64,000 nt of DNA from Methanocellales archaeon (lineage in GTDB: Archaea; Halobacteriota; UBA148; JAUWXC01), in contig JAUWQV010000001.1 in assembly GCA_030610945.1 (NCBI GenBank), forward strand, positions 124,246 to 188,245, given 5' to 3'. A program made the translations under genes and the position numbers. The notes under the pieces were generated by a model. That model saw nothing but the letters and a program-made list of their open reading frames with translations. It did no database searches and was not told the origin of the DNA. Of the stretch, positions 58,289 to 64,000 are shown piece after piece. Position 1 is the stretch's first letter. The number at the start of each line of letters is the position of its first letter.

Positions 58289-58996
58289 TTAATTAGACTT
58301 GCCATGGCGAAGGATAAGATACTCATTGTAAGCGTTCGTTAGCCTAACAGCATCAACCGGCATCAACGCATGCTTGTCATCAATCATGGGCAACTTGGAT
58401 GCGTCAACGCCTTTTTCCAGTTTTACGATTATGCCCAATAAGCTCAAAGTTGTATTATCAAAAATGATGTCGCGTACTGTTCCCACAAGAGTGCCGTCGT
58501 TGTATATGACGCTCTGCCCTAACAAAGTCTTCGCAGATGTCCCGGGTGGTGCATCTTTATATTGATGCAGCAGGGATTCAACCAACCGGTCCCTTTTATC
58601 AAGCAGGTCTATGTTTATCCCCAGGAGTTTTGCGGGCCCCCCAAGGTCCACGACGTCGCCGAGGCGGGTAAATTCCTCTTTAAAGCTGTACAGCATTGCA
58701 TACGCCAGGCACTGTGCATATGCAAACGGATAGTCCTTTGCAAATTTGCCATGAATTTTTCTGGCCCTTTTATCCTCGGGATTGCGGAGAAAGTCGTCTG
58801 CTATCTCCTTGACCTTGGACGCAAAGACGACCTCCACGTCTGACTCCTTCTTTAACGCACCAACAGCTCTCGGGATTGCAAATTTGATGTAATGTTCTAG
58901 GGGCCTCTCGTCCACTGGCTCGAGTAGAAAATTCCAGGGAAACAGTCGCGATTGCAGATAGTTAAAGGCCTTATCTGCGCTTAGTTTTATCGACAT
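58289..58996 (-). CDS. Hypothetical protein with C-terminal PRC-barrel
   Basis: AKTLLGQSVIYNDGTLVGTVRDIIFD...L.GIIV...MPVDAV. Confidence 0.7.
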   Translation of the reverse strand: MSIKLSADKAFNYLQSRLFPWNFLLEPVDERPLEHYIKFAIPRAVGALKKESDVEVVFASKVKEIADDFLRNPEDKRARKIHGKFAKDYPFAYAQCLAYAMLYSFKEEFTRLGDVVDLGGPAKLLGINIDLLDKRDRLVESLLHQYKDAPPGTSAKTLLGQSVIYNDGTLVGTVRDIIFDNTTLSLLGIIVKLEKGVDASKLPMIDDKHALMPVDAVRLTNAYNEYLILRHGKSN

Positions 58997-59888
58997 GGTA
59001 TTTCCTTATGAACTTGATAATCTGCTGTATTTTTGGTTTATCTTCTTCAACTGGAGCGGGAGCCTCCATACTGCAGAGCTTCCATGCCCACCTTCCAAAA
59101 TCCGTTACTTCGTACTTATCGCCATGCTTCTCGACCAGGGGACATTCCCATTCATCCTGCACCAGGTACTCTAGCCCCTCTTCAAGCCTCTTATTATACA
59201 TATCGGTTACGAGATCCTTGTATTCCTCATCCTCAATGTCACAGATTTCCTGAAGTTTCTTTAAAGTCAGTGCAGATTTTGAGTCGACTAAGATACTAAA
59301 AGCGATAAAAGCGTAGTCCTTTTCCTTAAGGCGCTGCCAGTTTATATCCACCTGATTTGGGACGCCCAGCACCTTTTTCGCTGATTCCTGGAGGATTGTA
59401 GTCACATAATTGAGAGAGCTGAGTGCTGCAAGGTCACTGACCTCCTGGGCTTTGAGGTGTATGCCCTTGGCAGATATGTCCGCATTTTTAAACCCGAGCT
59501 TGGATTGGGGTTTGTCAAAGAATATGTCCGTTATTGCCATGAAATAGTCCTTGGAAATCGGTTCATGCTCACTATCATAGGGGAATGTATCGCCCCTTCT
59601 TTGGTCCAGACTGGGAGCAAAATCGGATGTCAACTCGAGGAGTTCAGATATGACTTCAGAGATGTTCGCATAAGCACCCTCTGTTTCGCTCGTAATCACT
59701 TTCAGTTCACGTGCCTTCTTCTCCAAGTCCAACCTTAATTTGCCGGTGATGCCTTTTTCGAGTAACTTTTCAATCTCTGCTAACTCCTTCTTCTTGTTAT
59801 CCATTTCTTCGGCATCGATGTCCTTCTTAAGAGACCGGTATTTTTCGGCCAGGGTGTTTATCCGTTCGTTAAAGGCAACCTTACTCAT
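58971..59888 (-). CDS. Hypothetical protein, N-terminal coiled coil and possible C-terminal winged helix
   Basis: K/E-rich N-terminus; LVEKHGDKYEVTDFG wing-like motif. Confidence 0.6.
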   Translation of the reverse strand: MSKVAFNERINTLAEKYRSLKKDIDAEEMDNKKKELAEIEKLLEKGITGKLRLDLEKKARELKVITSETEGAYANISEVISELLELTSDFAPSLDQRRGDTFPYDSEHEPISKDYFMAITDIFFDKPQSKLGFKNADISAKGIHLKAQEVSDLAALSSLNYVTTILQESAKKVLGVPNQVDINWQRLKEKDYAFIAFSILVDSKSALTLKKLQEICDIEDEEYKDLVTDMYNKRLEEGLEYLVQDEWECPLVEKHGDKYEVTDFGRWAWKLCSMEAPAPVEEDKPKIQQIIKFIRKYHVDKTKRR

Positions 59889-59945
59889 AGCACATTCTCC
59901 ATCGGTAACATAAATTACTAGGTGATGTATATAATAGTTGTTAGT

Positions 59946-61124
59946 ATGAAATACATGGCACTCGTCGGAGATGGAATGGCCGATTACCCCTTAGAGGAGT
60001 TAAACGGCAAGACGCCCCTGCAGGCTGCCTATACGCCAAACATGGATTTCATCGCAGGCAATGGAAGGAATGGTGTCGTAAGGACCGTGCCAGAGGGCAT
60101 GGTGCCCGGTAGTGACATCGCGAATTTATCCATCATGGGCTATGACCCAAGGAAATATTATCCGGGCAGGGGACCTCTCGAGGCTGCAAGTATGGGCATT
60201 TCTCTTGACAGGGATGAAGTGGCATTCAGGTGCAATCTCGTAACCGTGAAAAATGGCGTGCTCATCGATTACAGCGCGGGACATATTTCAAGCGAAGAGG
60301 CGCGAACCTTAATCGAATACCTCGATGAAAAATTGGATGGCAATGCCCGTTTTTATCCAGGGATTAGTTACAGGCACATATTGGTGCTCAAAGGGGGTGA
60401 GGATGCAGCATGTACGCCTCCGCATGACATCGTTGGACGCTCCATCGAAGAATATTCGCCCATGGGCAGGGATGCGGAAATTTTGAGGAAACTGATGCAT
60501 AACTCCGTCCATCTTTTAGAAGACCACGAGGTCAACGTGAAACGAGGAAGAGAGGGCAAAAATCCTGCCAACATGATATGGCCCTGGGGTCCTGGAAAAT
60601 CACCAAACATGCCATCCTTTGAGGAAAAATTTGGCGTCGGGGGCTCTGTAATTGCGGCGGTTGACCTGATAAAGGGCATCGGTAAATGCATTGGGCTTAA
60701 AGTCATCGACGTGCCAGGCGCCACCGGATATTTGGACACTAATTATAAGGGAAAGGCAGATTATGCGCTCAGGTCTCTTGTTGATGAGGACTTTTGCTTC
60801 GTGCACGTGGAGGCCCCGGATGAGGCTGGACACAGCGGAGACATGGAAGCAAAGATAAAAGCCATAGAGAACTTTGATGAAAAGGTTGTTGGGAGAGTGC
60901 TAAGGGGGCTGAAGAGATACGATAAATACAAGGTTATGGTATTGCCAGACCACCCAACGCCGATTTCAATTAGAACGCATACCTGCGACGAAGTCCCATT
61001 CGCCATCTTCTCGCCAAGTGATGCTGCAGATGATGTAAAAGCATTTGATGAGCGTTCTGCCAGAAGGGGCTCTTTGGGAGCGATCGAAGGGGGAGAGCTG
61101 ATGGAACTTTTCATTAAAGGGTGA
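59946..61124 (+). CDS. apgM: Cofactor-independent phosphoglycerate mutase (archaeal)
   Basis: GDGMAD, GSDIAN, GRGPLEA, EAPDEAGH, DHPTP, TH. Confidence 0.95.
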   Translation: MKYMALVGDGMADYPLEELNGKTPLQAAYTPNMDFIAGNGRNGVVRTVPEGMVPGSDIANLSIMGYDPRKYYPGRGPLEAASMGISLDRDEVAFRCNLVTVKNGVLIDYSAGHISSEEARTLIEYLDEKLDGNARFYPGISYRHILVLKGGEDAACTPPHDIVGRSIEEYSPMGRDAEILRKLMHNSVHLLEDHEVNVKRGREGKNPANMIWPWGPGKSPNMPSFEEKFGVGGSVIAAVDLIKGIGKCIGLKVIDVPGATGYLDTNYKGKADYALRSLVDEDFCFVHVEAPDEAGHSGDMEAKIKAIENFDEKVVGRVLRGLKRYDKYKVMVLPDHPTPISIRTHTCDEVPFAIFSPSDAADDVKAFDERSARRGSLGAIEGGELMELFIKG

Positions 61125-61130
61125 GGTTGT

Positions 61131-61676
61131 ATGAAAAAAGCATCTAAAATCGCACTTATCTTATTTATAGCAGCAATAGTAGTGGCATCTGCACTCTTAT
61201 ATGCTGGGCATGACGCGAGCGGTCCTGCGCCGACACCGACTCCTACGCCAACCCTGCCAGAGGGGCATCCGTCAATACCAAACGCGAGAATAAAAACGAT
61301 ATCATTCGACAAAGATACGTATTATGCTGGTGATACGGTGGTCGCAATGCTGGAAGTGGAGAATACAGGAGATGCGAGCATCACCTCTGAAAGAGTCGAT
61401 ATCAGGGCTACATGCACGAGATTAGATGACCCCATTGCAAACTTTGCCCTCAATTTCAAAAGCGAGGAAGAGAGGACAGAAACCTACCCCATGGAATTTT
61501 CAGAACTGATAGAGCCGGGACAAACAGGAACGTTAGCGGCTGCTTTTAACACGCCAGCAGAGGTAGAGGTGAGCGGGACAAAAGTAAGTCTGGCAGGTGA
61601 TTACAACATAATGGCAACACTGAGCGTGGACGGCGTAACCGTAGACGCAAAGGAGTTGACGTTAACTCTTCATTGA
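61131..61676 (+). CDS. Membrane-anchored Ig-like protein with PT linker
   Basis: N-terminal TM, PTPTPTP, VENTGD CARDB-like motif. Confidence 0.65.
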   Translation: MKKASKIALILFIAAIVVASALLYAGHDASGPAPTPTPTPTLPEGHPSIPNARIKTISFDKDTYYAGDTVVAMLEVENTGDASITSERVDIRATCTRLDDPIANFALNFKSEEERTETYPMEFSELIEPGQTGTLAAAFNTPAEVEVSGTKVSLAGDYNIMATLSVDGVTVDAKELTLTLH

Positions 61677-61679
61677 GGT

Positions 61680-62447
61680 GTGGTTTTGCATATAGAGGCA
61701 TTTACCATCCAGAGAATTCCCTTGATTAGGGAGGGGGATGATGTTGGCACGATTATATCCAACTCCGCGCAATTAAAAGATAGAGATATAATCGTCATTG
61801 CATCCTCGATTGTCGCAAAGTCAGAAGGGGGGGTGCTTCGGCTAGAGGATGTTACGCCGGGCGCTGAAGCCAAGCGAATTGCACATGCGAATGATGAAGA
61901 TGTGAGATTTGTCCAGGTGGTCTTGAATGAGAGCGAAGAGGTACTAATCGAGAGCCCGTTCATGTTGACTCAGACTCATACAGGGCATATCTGCGCGAAT
62001 GCTGGCGTGGATAGGTCCAATGTAGAGGGTGGATTTGTTTTATTATTACCAAAAGACCCTGATGGAAGCGCGAAGAGGATTAGGGATGCGATTGAGAGGG
62101 AGACTAACAAGCATGTCTGCGTGATTATCGCCGATACCTGTGGCAGGCCATTCAGGATAGGGCAGACCGGCATCGCAATCGGATGCGCTGGCATTTCACC
62201 AACAAAGGACTGGAGAGGAGAAAAAGATCTGTTCGGTAGGACGTTAGAGGCAACTAATGAGGCGGTCATCGACGAACTGGCGGGCTTTGCAAACCTGATG
62301 ATGGGGGAAGGAAAAGATGCAACTCCGGTAGTGATAATTAGGGGAGTTGAGTGGCAGGAGAGCGAGGAGGGGGTTCGCAAAATTCACAGGCCGGATGCCG
62401 AGGATTTGATTAAGAGGGCTCTCAGGGCGGGTAAAGATAGGCAATAA
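61680..62447 (+). CDS. cofE: Coenzyme F420-0:L-glutamate ligase
   Basis: PLIREGDD, VAKSEG, ANAGVDRSN, DTCGRPFR, DE.A..ANL.MGE. Confidence 0.95.
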   Translation: MVLHIEAFTIQRIPLIREGDDVGTIISNSAQLKDRDIIVIASSIVAKSEGGVLRLEDVTPGAEAKRIAHANDEDVRFVQVVLNESEEVLIESPFMLTQTHTGHICANAGVDRSNVEGGFVLLLPKDPDGSAKRIRDAIERETNKHVCVIIADTCGRPFRIGQTGIAIGCAGISPTKDWRGEKDLFGRTLEATNEAVIDELAGFANLMMGEGKDATPVVIIRGVEWQESEEGVRKIHRPDAEDLIKRALRAGKDRQ

Positions 62448-62490
62448 GGGGTTTGTTTTAAAGCATATTTTATAATCGTAATGCTAAACC

Positions 62491-62889
62491 CTAAACGTCT
62501 TCCTGCCTCTTGTTCACCCAGTACCAGATTGTCTGCGCAGAAATATTTCTCTTAACCTTATCCGAGATGTGTTTGGCTATTTTTTCGTATCCCCATCTCT
62601 TTTGTTCCCTTAACTTCCTCGCATCCTTAACAAGGTTCCAGTCATAACGGTCTGCATATCCCACCAGTCTTTTAATACCGTGCATACCCAGCATGGTGTG
62701 CACGAATGGGTGTAGACTGTCAACGATACTGGGCGGGAACTGTATCGCCTTCACGTTTTTCCTCGTTCGTATTATCTCGCCGATATCCTGCAAACTCATC
62801 TTGTAGCCGATGTGGACTGCAGTGGCATCCTTAGGAATCTTCTTGATATCCTCTTTCCGATAAACGACAAAATTCACTTCTTTTATCAT
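62491..62889 (-). CDS. DUF1699-like protein with C-terminal HTH
   Basis: VHIGYK.S..DI, AIQFPPS, L.M.GI..L.G pattern typical of Methanosarcinales DUF1699. Confidence 0.6.
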   Translation of the reverse strand: MIKEVNFVVYRKEDIKKIPKDATAVHIGYKMSLQDIGEIIRTRKNVKAIQFPPSIVDSLHPFVHTMLGMHGIKRLVGYADRYDWNLVKDARKLREQKRWGYEKIAKHISDKVKRNISAQTIWYWVNKRQEDV

Positions 62890-62956
62890 GTCATCTCCTG
62901 ATATATCTCATATTATTTATATTTAATAAATGTTGGCAAACTTTTAGAACCAGAAA

Positions 62957-63073
62957 TGCCCCAGCCGGGATTTGAACCCGGGTCTTAGACTGTCTGCACA
63001 GACTTTTGATCAAACTTTTTAGTAAAAAGTTTGTGCCGCAGGCCTAAAGGATAGTCCACTACCCTACTAGGGC
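62957..63073 (-). tRNA. tRNA-Arg(GCG) with 44-nt intron at 37/38 (62992-63035)
   Basis: Acceptor GCCCTAG/CTGGGGC, anticodon arm TAGGC-CTGCGGA-GTCTA after splicing, T arm CCGGG-TTCAAAT-CCCGG; bulge-helix-bulge with CTGC/GCAG central helix. Confidence 0.93.
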
Positions 63074-63115
63074 GCATTATACTATCACATTGTAACATTC
63101 ATAAACCTGTCGCGG

Positions 63116-64000
63116 TCATTTGTCCAGCGTTCTCACAATTCTAGCGATGTCGTCCCCCACGTCCGATGTTTTGGATGCGCCGCCCATATCAGGCGTCCTG
63201 ACTTTGCCCTCTTTGATGTTTTGCCCTATCGCCCTCAGCACAGAGCCTGTTGCCTCTTTCTCGCCCAGGTGTTCTAACAGCATCGCACCGGCCCAGATTG
63301 TAGCAATTGGATTTGCCTTCTGCATGCCCTTGTACTTTGGCGCAGAACCATGAATTGGCTCAAACATGCTCGTTCCCTCAGGATTGATGTTTCCACCCGG
63401 CGCGAGCCCCATACCGCCCTGAATCATCGCGCCCAAATCGGTGATGATGTCACCAAACATGTTAGGCGTAACCACCACATCGAACCACTCTGGATTCTTC
63501 ACGAACCACATTGTAATCGCATCCACATAGTTAAAGTCGGTCTTAACATCAGGATAGCCAGTCGCAACCTTCCTGAAAATCTCGCGCCAGAAGCCGTATA
63601 TGTCTGGCAGCACATTCGCCTTGTCAACGCTGGAAAGATGTTTTTTCCTCTCCCTGGAGAGTTCGAACGCATATCGAATGACGCGTTCTGTGCCTTTCCT
63701 GCTAATCAGCCCAATCTGATATGCGATTTCATCAGCATCCGAATCGATATCGATGTCAAACTTGACCTTGTATAATTTCCGCACAACTTCCAATTCTTGA
63801 TGGGTCCTGCCCTCTTTTGCCCCACCGCCAATTCCAATATAGAAATCTTCAGTATTCTCCCTCACGACGACGAAGTCAATGTCATCAGGTCCCTTGTCCT
63901 TCAAAGGCGTCCAGATGCCCTCTAACAACTTGATGGGTCTGAGATTGATGTACTGGTCGAAGTAAAATCGCATCGCCAGTAGAATACCCTTTTCCAGTAT
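63116..64000 (-). CDS. 3-isopropylmalate/isocitrate dehydrogenase family (start beyond window)
   Basis: [34 protein letters not shown]. Confidence 0.9.
   Translation of the reverse strand: MLEKGILLAMRFYFDQYINLRPIKLLEGIWTPLKDKGPDDIDFVVVRENTEDFYIGIGGGAKEGRTHQELEVVRKLYKVKFDIDIDSDADEIAYQIGLISRKGTERVIRYAFELSRERKKHLSSVDKANVLPDIYGFWREIFRKVATGYPDVKTDFNYVDAITMWFVKNPEWFDVVVTPNMFGDIITDLGAMIQGGMGLAPGGNINPEGTSMFEPIHGSAPKYKGMQKANPIATIWAGAMLLEHLGEKEATGSVLRAIGQNIKEGKVRTPDMGGASKTSDVGDDIARIVRTLDK

Overview
Archaeal chromosomal segment, most consistent with a Halobacteriota/Methanosarcinia-related lineage (HMf-type histone, TBP, LonB, class III RNR with NrdH-like partner, mer, cofE, PGF-CTERM surface proteins, CetZ, DUF1699). 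About 1-41 kb and 56-64 kb are mostly housekeeping genes (leuS, thiI, thi4, cca, thpR, nrdDG, rnz, tbp, nadM, mer, lonB, prs, rtcA, kptA, glmM, apgM, cofE, intron-containing tRNA-Arg(GCG), a leuB-like gene). The 41-56 kb region is an accessory island: two PGF-CTERM/S-layer-type genes are flanked on both sides by about 13 intact or decaying type II toxin-antitoxin modules, plus an acylphosphatase with a heptad-repeat tail and a complete-looking IS200/IS605 (tnpA+tnpB). The main unexplained signals are (i) a 46-49 bp double-hairpin element flanked by AT and inserted in frame into two unrelated toxin genes, with covarying stems and a degenerate third copy at a module junction, and (ii) a ~60 bp direct repeat present three times that contains the S-layer upstream promoter and brackets gene cassettes. 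Product calls are from motif recognition by eye; no database searches were run.
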